From: an uncultured Bacteroidales bacterium
Lineage (GTDB): Bacteria > Bacteroidota > Bacteroidia > Bacteroidales > UBA3824
Length of the DNA: 64,000 bases
Direction of reading: 5' to 3'
NCBI GenBank assembly: GCA_947168365.1
Contig: CAMVLO010000012.1
Coordinates: 2,516-66,515 of the forward strand
The notes under the pieces: model-generated
What the model was told of the DNA's origin: nothing
Seen by the model: only the letters and a program-made list of their open reading frames with translations
The model's database searches: none
In this document: positions 1 to 8,801 of the stretch, piece by piece
Layout: each line of letters begins with the position of its first letter
How positions within the stretch are numbered: the stretch's first letter is position 1
Made by a program: the position numbers and the translations under genes

Positions 1-2115
1 GGCGGACATTATCTTACTGCAATGGCTCTCAACGCCGCCACGGGCAACGAAGAATGCCGCCGTCGCATGGAATATATGATTAAAGAACTTCAGACCTGCG
101 CCGATGCCAACGCCAAAAACCACCCGTCGTGGGGCAAGGGTTACGTTGGCGGAATGCCAAACAGCGACAAAATTTGGAGCAACTTCAAGAAAGGCGATTT
201 CGGTGTGTATTTTGGTTCATGGGCACCGTTTTACAATCTTCACAAGATGTACGCAGGACTTCGCGATGCGTGGCTCTATTGCGGTAACGAACAGGCAAAA
301 AATCTCTTCCTCGGTTTTTGCGATTGGGCTATCGACCTGACTGCCAACCTCTCCGACGCTCAAATGGAACAGATGCTCAACAACGAACACGGCGGCATGA
401 ACGAGGTTTTGGCGGACGCTTACGACATCACAAAAAACAAGAAATATTTGGACGTTGCCAAAAGATTTTCGCACCGCAAACTCTTAACCCCGATGATGCA
501 ACGCGTTGACTGTCTTGACAATATGCACGCCAATACACAAGTGCCGAAAGTTGTGGGCTTTGAACGTATCAGCGAGCTTTCAGGCGATGAAAGTTATCAT
601 CACGCCGCTGACTTTTTTTGGGACATCGTAACGGGTGAACGGTCGTTGGCATTTGGCGGAAACAGCCGTCGCGAACATTTTCCGAGCCGCGAGGCATGCA
701 CCGATTTTATCAACGATATCGACGGTCCTGAATCGTGCAATACCAACAATATGCTAAAACTCACCGAGGATATGCACCGCCGCAGTCCCGAAGCGCGATA
801 TGCTGATTATTACGAACTTGCAACATTCAATCATATCCTCTCGACACAACATCCGGAACACGGCGGCTACGTATATTTCACGCCGGCACGTCCTCGTCAT
901 TACCGCAACTATTCAGCCCCGAACGAGGCGATGTGGTGTTGCGTTGGTACGGGTATGGAAAATCACGGCAAATACGGTCAATTCATCTACACTCACGTTG
1001 GCAACGCTCTGTATGTCAATCTTTTCGCAGCGTCAGAACTCAATTGGCGTGACAAAAACATCACACTCCGTCAAGAAACAGCTTTTCCTTACGCAGAAAA
1101 CTCAAAAATCACAGTTACAAGCGGTTCGGGAAGTTTCAAGATGTTGATTCGCTATCCGAATTGGGTGGCAAAAGGCGCATTTTCTATAAAAGTAAACGGG
1201 AAACCTGTAGAAATCGTCAGCGGTCCATCCTCATACGTAGTAATCGACCGCAAATGGAAGAAAGGCGATGTTGTTGACATCAATTTTCCAATGCACAACT
1301 CTATCCAATATCTTCCGAATGTACCTCAGTATGTGGCGATTATGCACGGTCCGATTTTGCTCGGAATGAAAACGGGAACGGAAGATTTGGCGGGACTTAT
1401 TGCTGATGACAGCCGTTTCGGACAATACGCCGGCGGCAAGAAACTCCCTGTAAACGAAGCTCCTATCCTAATCAACAACGACATCGAATCAATCGCCTCA
1501 CAACTCAAACCCGTGGACGGCAAACCGCTGCATTTTACGCTCAATACCAAAATGGTGAACGAAATCCGCAACGAGTTGCAACCGTTTTTTGAGATTCACG
1601 ACAGCCGTTATATGATTTATTGGCTCGCACTCTCTGAAAACAGTTATAAGAGTTATCTCGACGACCTCGCAAAAGCAGAACAGGCACGACAGGACTTGGA
1701 GGCTCGCACTATCGACAAAGTTCAGCCCGGCGAACAACAGCCCGAAACCGATCACAAGATGGAAACCGACCAATCGTACACCGGCAACACCAACGACTGT
1801 TTTTGGCGTGACGCCCGCGACGGACACTATTTCAGTTACCTAATGCAAACCGCAGGTCGCACTGACCTCTCACTCCGACTCAAATTCTGGGGCGTAGGCG
1901 AATGGAAGTCCCACGAGTTTGACGTCTATATCGACGACACACTCCTCGTATCAATCAACAACACAGGCAAATACCGCATTTCGGAATTCAAATACGAAAC
2001 CTTCGACATCCCTGCCTCAATGCTTCAAAACAAAACCCAAATCCGCATCAAATTCGTTGCAAAACAAGGCAGACAAATAGGCGAAATTTATGGAGTAAGA
2101 TTGATAAAGAAGTAG
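1..2115 (+). CDS. Glycoside hydrolase family 127 (DUF1680, beta-L-arabinofuranosidase-like), 5'-partial
   Basis: The reading frame is open to base 1 (GGHYLTAM...), so the N-terminus lies upstream of the window. Contains the GH127-type Cys-rich block 'EAMWCCVGTGMENHGKYG'. A hairpin terminator follows the stop. Confidence 0.85.
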   Translation, partial: GGHYLTAMALNAATGNEECRRRMEYMIKELQTCADANAKNHPSWGKGYVGGMPNSDKIWSNFKKGDFGVYFGSWAPFYNLHKMYAGLRDAWLYCGNEQAKNLFLGFCDWAIDLTANLSDAQMEQMLNNEHGGMNEVLADAYDITKNKKYLDVAKRFSHRKLLTPMMQRVDCLDNMHANTQVPKVVGFERISELSGDESYHHAADFFWDIVTGERSLAFGGNSRREHFPSREACTDFINDIDGPESCNTNNMLKLTEDMHRRSPEARYADYYELATFNHILSTQHPEHGGYVYFTPARPRHYRNYSAPNEAMWCCVGTGMENHGKYGQFIYTHVGNALYVNLFAASELNWRDKNITLRQETAFPYAENSKITVTSGSGSFKMLIRYPNWVAKGAFSIKVNGKPVEIVSGPSSYVVIDRKWKKGDVVDINFPMHNSIQYLPNVPQYVAIMHGPILLGMKTGTEDLAGLIADDSRFGQYAGGKKLPVNEAPILINNDIESIASQLKPVDGKPLHFTLNTKMVNEIRNELQPFFEIHDSRYMIYWLALSENSYKSYLDDLAKAEQARQDLEARTIDKVQPGEQQPETDHKMETDQSYTGNTNDCFWRDARDGHYFSYLMQTAGRTDLSLRLKFWGVGEWKSHEFDVYIDDTLLVSINNTGKYRISEFKYETFDIPASMLQNKTQIRIKFVAKQGRQIGEIYGVRLIKK

Positions 2116-2137
2116 TGTTTTTTTTACAAATATTAAA

Positions 2138-2181
2138 AGTCCTGCCAAGCCAATGAACAATGCTTGGTGGGACTTTATTTT
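2138..2181 (+). terminator. Rho-independent terminator after GH127
   Basis: 13-bp stem AGTCCTGCCAAGC/GCTTGGTGGGACT (two G-U pairs), 11-nt loop, then TTATTTT. Confidence 0.6.
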
Positions 2182-2191
2182 AATGTCAAAT

Positions 2192-2233
2192 AAAAAAGCT
2201 GCACCCGAAAAGGAATTCTTTCCGAATGCAGCT
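2192..2233 (-). terminator. Rho-independent terminator after the M18 aminopeptidase
   Basis: Hairpin AGCTGCA...TGCAGCT with inner CCGAAA/TTCCG pairing, followed on the minus strand by a T-run (A-run 2192-2197 on +). Confidence 0.6.
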
Positions 2234-2256
2234 GAAAAAAATCAGTGATATTTTTT

Positions 2257-3666
2257 TTACTTTTGGAAAGCGTAAAACGCTTTGTAAGCCATGTAAGTAT
2301 CTAATTTTGAAACCATTTCAAAAGGCGCATGCATTGCCAATACCGGAACTCCAACGTCAATAGTATCAATATTGAGGTTTGCCATGTACATCGCAACTGT
2401 ACCACCGCCACCAAGATCAACACGACCAAGTTCACCGTTTTGCCAAATTACACCTTCGTTGTCAAACAAATGGTGAATTTCTGCCACAAATTCTGCATTG
2501 GCATCCGATGTACCTGCCTTGCCGCGTGCTCCGGTAAATTTGGTAACTACAACACCGTAATTGATAAACGACGAATTTGCACGCTCAAAAACATCCGGGA
2601 ATGTCGGGTCGTAAGCCGAATTTACGTCTGCTGAAAGACATTTTGAATGGCTGAGAACCACACGACCGTTAGAACCGAGAGTTTCGGCAATGTCTTCAAT
2701 AAAATATTTCAAATAAGACGAATTCAATCCGGTATTGCCGTCAGAGCCGGTTTCTTCCTTGTCGGTAAGAATTGCAACAGCGGTTTTCTTCGGATTTTTG
2801 ATATCAAGAATGGCACGAAGTTCCGGATATGCGCAAACTTTGTCGTCGTGACCGTAAGCACCAATCAAAGAACGGTCGAAACCGATATCTTTAGGTTTGT
2901 AAGCCGGAACTGCTTCCAATTCAGCCGAAAGCAAATCTTTTTCTACAATGCCGTATTTCTGATTGAGAATCTGCAAAATACTTGATTTTACACGATGTTT
3001 TATATCATCACCTTTCAAACAAAGCGAACCGATAATAATATTGAGTTCTTCACCGCGAATAATTTCCGAAGCAGAGCGTTTCATCTGATCCTGAGCAAGA
3101 TGCGGCAACAAATCAGAAACTACAAAAACCGGATCGCCGGCATCTTCACCGATATTTACAACCACTTTTTCGCCGTTTTGTTTGAAAATTACACCATGAA
3201 GCGACAATGGAACTGTAGTCCACTGATATTTTTTGATTCCGCCGTAATAGTGAGTTTTGAAAAGCGCGATTTCTTCCGATTCGTACAACGGATTTTCCTT
3301 GAGGTCAAGTCTCGGACTATCGATATGAGCAGCTGTAAGATTTACACCGTTTTTGATATCTTCAGTACCGATAACAGCAAGAATTACAGATTTTCCGCGA
3401 TTGTCGTAATAAATTTTGTCACCGGGTTTTACTTTGTCACCAAATTCAAATTTCTTGAATCCGGCTTTCTCGGCTTCTTTAATTGCGTAGATGTTGATTT
3501 CACGTTCGGTTTTGTAGTTCGCCATGAAATCCATATAACCTTCACAAAATTCGTAGGCTTTCTTGATTTCGTCGTCACTCATAATGAGCGATGCGTTTTT
3601 TCTGTCCATGAAAAGTGCCTCTACAGCTGACTTTTCATCGTTTTTTTCGTTCTTGTTTTCAGCCAT
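2257..3666 (-). CDS. M18-family aminopeptidase (aspartyl aminopeptidase-like)
   Basis: Motifs 'AAHIDSPRLDLK', 'EETGSDGNTG' and 'AMHAPFE' are typical of peptidase M18. Start chosen at MAENKNEK (ATG 3666), about 30 nt downstream of a TAACTTTG box. The ORF track extends to 3699. Confidence 0.85.
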   Translation of the reverse strand: MAENKNEKNDEKSAVEALFMDRKNASLIMSDDEIKKAYEFCEGYMDFMANYKTEREINIYAIKEAEKAGFKKFEFGDKVKPGDKIYYDNRGKSVILAVIGTEDIKNGVNLTAAHIDSPRLDLKENPLYESEEIALFKTHYYGGIKKYQWTTVPLSLHGVIFKQNGEKVVVNIGEDAGDPVFVVSDLLPHLAQDQMKRSASEIIRGEELNIIIGSLCLKGDDIKHRVKSSILQILNQKYGIVEKDLLSAELEAVPAYKPKDIGFDRSLIGAYGHDDKVCAYPELRAILDIKNPKKTAVAILTDKEETGSDGNTGLNSSYLKYFIEDIAETLGSNGRVVLSHSKCLSADVNSAYDPTFPDVFERANSSFINYGVVVTKFTGARGKAGTSDANAEFVAEIHHLFDNEGVIWQNGELGRVDLGGGGTVAMYMANLNIDTIDVGVPVLAMHAPFEMVSKLDTYMAYKAFYAFQK

Positions 3667-3696
3667 TTTAAATGTATTTGAGATTAAAAAACTGCT

Positions 3697-3704
3697 CAAA
3701 GTTA
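3697..3704 (-). promoter_or_regulatory. Bacteroidota -7 box (TAnnTTTG) for the M18 aminopeptidase
   Basis: TAACTTTG on the minus strand, about 30 nt upstream of ATG 3666. Confidence 0.5.
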
Positions 3705-3726
3705 CAAAATTCTGAAGAAAATGTAT

Positions 3727-3734
3727 TACGTTTG
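3727..3734 (+). promoter_or_regulatory. -7 box for the 3763 gene
   Basis: TACGTTTG, about 29 nt upstream of ATG 3763. Confidence 0.5.
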
Positions 3735-3762
3735 CAAGTATTTTTTCAAAAAAAGCAAAATT

Positions 3763-4227
3763 ATGAAACTTAGATTATTTTTATTAATTACGATTTTATT
3801 TTGTTGTTACAAAGCCCATTCGCAATCGGACGACGGCTGGTTTACGGGCAAAATTGCAGCGGCTTACAGTACAGAAAAAAATTTTCAAACAAGTTACGAT
3901 TTTCTTTACAATCTCGAAAATCATTTATCTTTCGGAACAGGTTTGGCTTTTGCTGTTGACAATTTTGCACTTCTTGATACCCGCGCCGATATAAGAATCC
4001 GACCGTTCGGACACAAAAATTTCATGCCGGCAATTTGGCTGAAATACGGCTACCGTTCGGCACTGAGCCATAACGACAAAGGTTCTGCGATTTTTTCTCC
4101 GGAAATTTGTCTTGAGACAGGATTTCATACAAGAATAAAATTCACTGTAAATTTATCGGCTGAATTTTACAAAATCAACGGCGAAAAATTTCAAGCTTAC
4201 ACAATCGGTTGCGGAATTTTGATGTGA
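3763..4227 (+). CDS. Hypothetical small secreted/outer-membrane beta-barrel-like protein
   Basis: Signal peptide MKLRLFLLITILFCCYKAHSQ and alternating hydrophobic beta-strand pattern. ATG 3763 lies about 29 nt after a TACGTTTG box. Confidence 0.5.
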   Translation: MKLRLFLLITILFCCYKAHSQSDDGWFTGKIAAAYSTEKNFQTSYDFLYNLENHLSFGTGLAFAVDNFALLDTRADIRIRPFGHKNFMPAIWLKYGYRSALSHNDKGSAIFSPEICLETGFHTRIKFTVNLSAEFYKINGEKFQAYTIGCGILM

Positions 4228-4238
4228 CATTTTTTCGT

Positions 4239-5477
4239 TTAACGTTTCATATCCAATAGCATCCACTGTGTTTGTGACTTGTTGCGACGGAAAACAAGAT
4301 TTACAGAATAATATCTGTTTCGTTTGCTGCCTTTTACAACATAATTGGATTCAGAATCAAGCAAATAGTTACGAGCCTGAAATACAATTCTGATTTTCAT
4401 GGAATCGGAATAGATATCCGACATCGCATTTATATAATCTACGAAAAGGATTTTGAAATTTTTGCAATGCCATACCAAATCCAAAGAGTTTATGGTCTTG
4501 TAAATATTTTCTAACTTTTGATACAAAATCACAAAAACCTGTGACTCAACTTCTCTGAAATCACCGTTATGAAAATGCGAATAAATATAAGAAATAAGCG
4601 GTGTTAAAACTTCAGAATTGAATTTAGCGGCATCAAAACTGCCTGAAAACAAAGCTTTTACTTGATCTTCGTTAAAGGCATTTGGCAACGGCTCGATATC
4701 TGTAATCTCATTTACATAATCGGCAATCGGATTTGAATCGAGCCTGAAACTGTCTTGCTTATAAGATACGCGCCACTCGTCTACACTATAATTGAAATGT
4801 TTGCCGCATTTAGGACAAATTTCCAACGAGCGTACAAATTCAGCACTTCCGCAATGCGGGCAGCAAAATCTTGACGGGTCTTCGGGTTTTACGCTCTTGT
4901 GAGTCAACTTTTTACGAAAAATCCATTGCGAAGCGCCACGCAATCTCAATGCCTTACCAAGCGAATATTTGGTAAACTGAGATTTGATGTCAACAGAAAT
5001 ATAAAGTTCAGAACCGTGAATACCGATTCCCAAAATTTCTACCGAATGAATTATGATATTGGTGTAAATAGAATTTGTAGACCTCGGAACTTCGGGTTCA
5101 ACAGATTTTGAGAAATACGGTTTTACCTCGTTGAAAGTGGAAAATGCACCGTGAGAATCCAAAGTTCGCCAATAAAGCAACACAACAAAATCTTTGAAAA
5201 TCGGCAGCGAAAACTGAGAATTTCCGGGCAAAATCAAAGATTCAATCAAATAACTTATAGTTTTCTCTTTCAGCTGTTTACCATGAATTGCTTCATGAAC
5301 ATTGGGCTGTTCGCACTTATGATTTACAAACACAAAAATCAAGTATAAAACCGGCACAACAAGTAATCCCCAGCCCAAAAACTGAGCAAGCAAAATGGTT
5401 ATGGCAAATAGTAAAACCAAAGGTAATACTATCACCATAAAAAAATCGTTTGAAGATACTTTGTCGCTGTAATACAT
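4239..5477 (-). CDS. Membrane protein with two TM helices, two NTF2/Tim44-like modules and one Cys4 zinc ribbon; paralog of the upstream gene
   Basis: Hydrophobic stretch FFMVIVLPLVLLFAITILLAQFLGWGLLVVPVLYLIFVFV and ribbon 'CCPHCGS...CPKCG'. Shares blocks LFKDxVxLL, FNE[IV]KP[FY]F and PEDxxRxCCPHCG with the 493-aa neighbour. ATG at 5477; an alternative TTG at 5537 would overlap the upstream stop. Confidence 0.6.
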   Translation of the reverse strand: MYYSDKVSSNDFFMVIVLPLVLLFAITILLAQFLGWGLLVVPVLYLIFVFVNHKCEQPNVHEAIHGKQLKEKTISYLIESLILPGNSQFSLPIFKDFVVLLYWRTLDSHGAFSTFNEVKPYFSKSVEPEVPRSTNSIYTNIIIHSVEILGIGIHGSELYISVDIKSQFTKYSLGKALRLRGASQWIFRKKLTHKSVKPEDPSRFCCPHCGSAEFVRSLEICPKCGKHFNYSVDEWRVSYKQDSFRLDSNPIADYVNEITDIEPLPNAFNEDQVKALFSGSFDAAKFNSEVLTPLISYIYSHFHNGDFREVESQVFVILYQKLENIYKTINSLDLVWHCKNFKILFVDYINAMSDIYSDSMKIRIVFQARNYLLDSESNYVVKGSKRNRYYSVNLVFRRNKSQTQWMLLDMKR

Positions 5478-5530
5478 ATCTGATAATTTGATTTGGTTGT
5501 CGGTTTCAGTTAATTTTTTGTTTGAGGTCG

Positions 5531-7012
5531 TTAACAAACTTGCTCAATGCCAGACAAAACCCACGAGAATTTTCCGGTTGTGATTTTTGTGTTACAATAT
5601 TCACAAACACCGTTTTGCCCCATGTGATCTGCCGGAGCGCCGCATGACGGACATTTCATGATTTGAACTTTGTTGGTCAATACTTCGCCACTCTTTATAA
5701 ACGTAAAATACTCGCTAAAAGTTGTAACATCTTTGCTACCGCCAACAACATTTCCCTGTTCGTTTACCATGTAATCACGGCAAGATATTGTAACACGGCA
5801 TGTTACAGAATCATAAAATTTATCCATAATCACTTCTGAAAACTCAACTTTTCTGATTAAGATGTCCTCAAGTTTGTTGTGAACACCGTTTCTCTCAAGA
5901 AAATCGGTCCAAGATTTCATGGATTCAAACTGACGATCGGTAATCAGATGTCGGCAAATTTCAAGATTGTTTTTCGACCACGCATCATAAACACCTGTTA
6001 TTATTGGTTTTACAGTTTCGTTTATGAAAGTATTTTTGAACGAAAGCAACGAAACGCCGTGTTTTTTTGCAATTGCCAAAGTCATTTCGTCCAAATCTTC
6101 AGCCTTGTTGGTTGGCGGAATCAAAGTTTCGGAATCAGTGTCAGAATAAACAAGATATGTATTTCTGAAATCCAAAACTTCGGAAGTTCCGTGACATGAA
6201 ACCACTTGCCAACAATCTCTTCCCGGACGAATCGGCATACCGCAATGTTTACAGGTACCGGCATCAGTAAAATTCTCGTTAGCCCCGCAGTGAGGACAAC
6301 AAATACGTGTAGAATCCTCAGGTTCAATGGTTCTCGCACCTCGAGCACGGGTAAGCCGCCAATTTAATTTGCAAGACTGACGAACGTGTGAACCGCCGTC
6401 GTTGCGAGTAAATTCGGCATTGATTTCCACCATGATAAAACTTGAAGTATCGTTGTAATCCACTGAAAGGATTTCAATATTTCTGAGCGAAATTTCAGTG
6501 TAAGTAGCCGGATCGTTGATATCTTCGCTAGTAAGAGTAGATTCTGTAAAAAACGGTTTAATCTCATTGAAATTGCTACCGGTGCCGCGCAATGTCATAT
6601 AACGCATAAAAAGCAATGTAACGTAATCTTTGAACAAGACAACCGAGAAATTCGGATCAAACTGAACAACACCATTGTAAAGTTCCTCGTGAGAAACTCC
6701 GACTAATCCTAGATTTGTATTATCACGCAACGGTACAATTTCGTTTTCTTCGCCGTCTTTGTTTGAGAAAAATACTTTGAAAGCGATGTAGCCAAATACA
6801 ATAATTAAAAACGGAATCATAGAGCCGTCGGAACTGAAAATGAAGAAACCGCCGCCACCGCCATAAGACGAGCCGTGACTTCTGCTACCGCCGCCCGAAA
6901 AATGCCGTCCTGCATGTCCGCCGCCGGGACGACTGCTCGCCTCATTGAAACTAGCCGACAGCAAAAGAACAACAAGTAACGCTGCTAAATATTTTAATAT
7001 TCGTTTGATCAT
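5531..7012 (-). CDS. Membrane-anchored protein: signal/anchor, Gly/Ser-rich segment, TM, then two NTF2/Tim44-like modules each followed by a Cys4 zinc ribbon
   Basis: N-terminus MIKRILKYLAALLVVLLLSA, then 'RPGGGHAGRHFSGGGSRSHGSSYGGGGG' and a TM segment (MIPFLIIVFGYIAFKVFF). This pattern recalls bacterial Tim44-like domain proteins. Ribbons are 'CCPHCGA...CKHCG' and 'CPSCGA...CEYCN'. Confidence 0.6.
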   Translation of the reverse strand: MIKRILKYLAALLVVLLLSASFNEASSRPGGGHAGRHFSGGGSRSHGSSYGGGGGFFIFSSDGSMIPFLIIVFGYIAFKVFFSNKDGEENEIVPLRDNTNLGLVGVSHEELYNGVVQFDPNFSVVLFKDYVTLLFMRYMTLRGTGSNFNEIKPFFTESTLTSEDINDPATYTEISLRNIEILSVDYNDTSSFIMVEINAEFTRNDGGSHVRQSCKLNWRLTRARGARTIEPEDSTRICCPHCGANENFTDAGTCKHCGMPIRPGRDCWQVVSCHGTSEVLDFRNTYLVYSDTDSETLIPPTNKAEDLDEMTLAIAKKHGVSLLSFKNTFINETVKPIITGVYDAWSKNNLEICRHLITDRQFESMKSWTDFLERNGVHNKLEDILIRKVEFSEVIMDKFYDSVTCRVTISCRDYMVNEQGNVVGGSKDVTTFSEYFTFIKSGEVLTNKVQIMKCPSCGAPADHMGQNGVCEYCNTKITTGKFSWVLSGIEQVC

Positions 7013-7016
7013 AGTG

Positions 7017-8042
7017 CTATTGATGTTTATTGAATTTGAAAACTTTGGTTATTAGATACATAAACTCATAAAAGTTTCTGCGGAAAGTAAGTTTTGAGAA
7101 AAATTTAGGTTTATTGTTGTTCTCATCGCAATATTCCGCCCAAGCTTTTACAAGATAAAGCCAAGCTTTTCGAAACTGAAAATGATGAAAATATGAAATT
7201 CCGGCGTTGTAAAAACTCATCCAATGTTGCAACGTGGCAGACAATTGATGACTTTTGCCGAGCGCGAGAGTAGCTTCTGCGTAATGCAAAGATTTTACAT
7301 AATCACCTATTTTCTCGTAAGAAGCCGCCAAAACTCCCAAACTCAAGATTTTAGAACCGTAACGCTTAAACGAATCATAGTCGGAATAACATAAATCCAA
7401 AGCTTTGAGAGCCGTAGAAATAGCCTCGTGATATTTTCCGGAAGAGTGCAAAAGCTGTGCCCGCTCCGCCCAGAAACAGCACATATCTTCGTCCTTGTCG
7501 TCGAGCTGAATCTGAAAATCAACCGCGATTTTTGAATATTTCAAAGCTAAGAAAATGGCTTTTTTACGCTTGTAATAATTTGAAAAATTACGAGCCAAAA
7601 TCGCCACTTGCTTTGTCGGTCTCAAAACATTGTTAAGAATATTAGTAGCTACTTGTACCTGATTTTCAACTACTTCTACAGGTACAGTTTCAATATTATT
7701 GTCTCTTGAAAAAAATTTGGTAACATTTTCAGCCAATCGTCTGAAATAATGCTGGTCGGGCAAACGGAAAGAATACAAGAGACGGCGTTTTACCTCCGGC
7801 ATCTTGTATGAATCCTTGGAGAATGACAACCAACCTTTCTTCGTAAGACCGTGAAGAGTATCAAAGAACTTGACACCTTCGTCGGAATTGGAGTTTAATT
7901 CAAATACTGAATAAATATCTTTTGCCGTGTAAAACCTTTGTGGCAAAAGTGATATTGTATACAATATAGACTTCTCTCCACTGCTAAGAAATTGATAATT
8001 AGGCTGTAAAGTTGTGTTCATAATTTTATCAAATTTTTTCAT
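7017..8042 (-). CDS. Winged-helix-like + TPR protein (STAND-type C-terminal architecture without an NTPase domain)
   Basis: 'LSSGEKSILYTISLLPQRF' resembles the WH segment that follows NB-ARC/STAND NTPases. TPR-like helices occupy the C-terminal half (AERAQLLHSSGKYHEAISTALKALDL, LAASYEKIGDYVKSLHYAEATLAL). No Walker A motif is seen. The stop lies 4 nt before the next gene's ATG. Confidence 0.5.
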   Translation of the reverse strand: MKKFDKIMNTTLQPNYQFLSSGEKSILYTISLLPQRFYTAKDIYSVFELNSNSDEGVKFFDTLHGLTKKGWLSFSKDSYKMPEVKRRLLYSFRLPDQHYFRRLAENVTKFFSRDNNIETVPVEVVENQVQVATNILNNVLRPTKQVAILARNFSNYYKRKKAIFLALKYSKIAVDFQIQLDDKDEDMCCFWAERAQLLHSSGKYHEAISTALKALDLCYSDYDSFKRYGSKILSLGVLAASYEKIGDYVKSLHYAEATLALGKSHQLSATLQHWMSFYNAGISYFHHFQFRKAWLYLVKAWAEYCDENNNKPKFFSKLTFRRNFYEFMYLITKVFKFNKHQ

Positions 8043-8053
8043 GAAAATATTTT

Positions 8054-8061
8054 CAAAATTA
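8054..8061 (-). promoter_or_regulatory. Candidate -7 box for the WH-TPR/Tim44-like operon
   Basis: TAATTTTG on the minus strand, only 12 nt from ATG 8042 and 33 nt from the in-frame ATG 8021. The shorter start may therefore be the real one. Confidence 0.3.
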
Positions 8062-8129
8062 AAAAAAGTTTTCTAATTTTGTATCCGCAAAACAAAATAT
8101 TTTTATTCTGTTTGATAAATTTAACAAAT

Positions 8130-8211
8130 GCCCGGATGGCGAAATTGGTAGACGCGCTAGTTTCAGGTTCTAGTGTTTCGCGACGTGCAGGTTCGAGTCC
8201 TGTTCCGGGTA
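8130..8211 (+). tRNA. tRNA-Leu (anticodon CAG), class II with long variable arm
   Basis: Acceptor stem GCCCGGA/TCCGGGT. Anticodon stem-loop CTAGT-TTCAGGT-TCTAG places CAG at positions 34-36. Has a long variable arm and the T-arm GCAGG-TTCGAGT-CCTGT. A hairpin plus T-run follows. Confidence 0.9.
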
Positions 8212-8220
8212 CAATAAATT

Positions 8221-8253
8221 GCCTTTCTGATTAATTTCGGGAAGGCTTTTTTT
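8221..8253 (+). terminator. Terminator after tRNA-Leu
   Basis: Short stem, GCCTT (8221-8225) pairing with AAGGC (8242-8246), then TTTTTTT. Confidence 0.55.
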
Positions 8254-8715
8254 GTATAACAAGAAATGTTACAAAGAAAACTCTCTTGTCCGTAAAATAG
8301 AGTGGCAAATTAACAAAAAACAAAAAATTTGAACAAGAGAGTATTGCTGAAAATTTCTTAATTATACGTTGGCAATATAAAAAGGTTGCAATTAAAAAAC
8401 AAATTTATTTTCAATTTTTTTACAAACCACAACTTCAAATATATCCTACCGATTTTTTTAGGTGACAACAGGTATAATATTGTAAAATATGAAATGCCTG
8501 AAATTAAACCGGTTCGCAACTTTTATAATGAATGTGTAAATCAAAGTAAAAATGTTACAGAATACTTAGAAGATTGTTATTGGTTTTAAATTTATACCTC
8601 AAGGAAAATGAATCCCGAACTGAAAGAAAACGTTGTAAATTTAGCAAAGAAAATTTATGATAAAACAAAAGAACTTGCCAAAATTTTGAATGAATTTTAT
8701 AAATAATTTGATGTC

Positions 8716-8755
8716 AAAAAAAAAACTGCACCACCGAAAAATCGGCAATGCAGTT
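8716..8755 (-). terminator. Terminator after the SulP transporter
   Basis: AACTGCA(CCACCG)...(CGGCAA)TGCAGTT hairpin followed on the minus strand by a 10-nt T-run. Confidence 0.65.
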
Positions 8756-8801
8756 AGTGATTATTAATTTTAATACTATGAACATCAAAAATTTCCTGAA
8801 T

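Noticed and set aside
8280-8342. 10-bp inverted repeat ACTCTCTTGT ... ACAAGAGAGT separated by 43 nt
   Set aside because: The arms are short, the loop is long, and the context is A+T-rich. It is not distinguishable from chance and is not next to a gene end or start that it would explain.
8130-8801. tRNA-Leu-linked genomic island
   Set aside because: No integrase, no attachment-site direct repeat of the tRNA 3' end, and no cargo genes downstream. The unusual operon at 4.2-8.0 kb lies on the 5' side of the tRNA, which is not the usual integration side.
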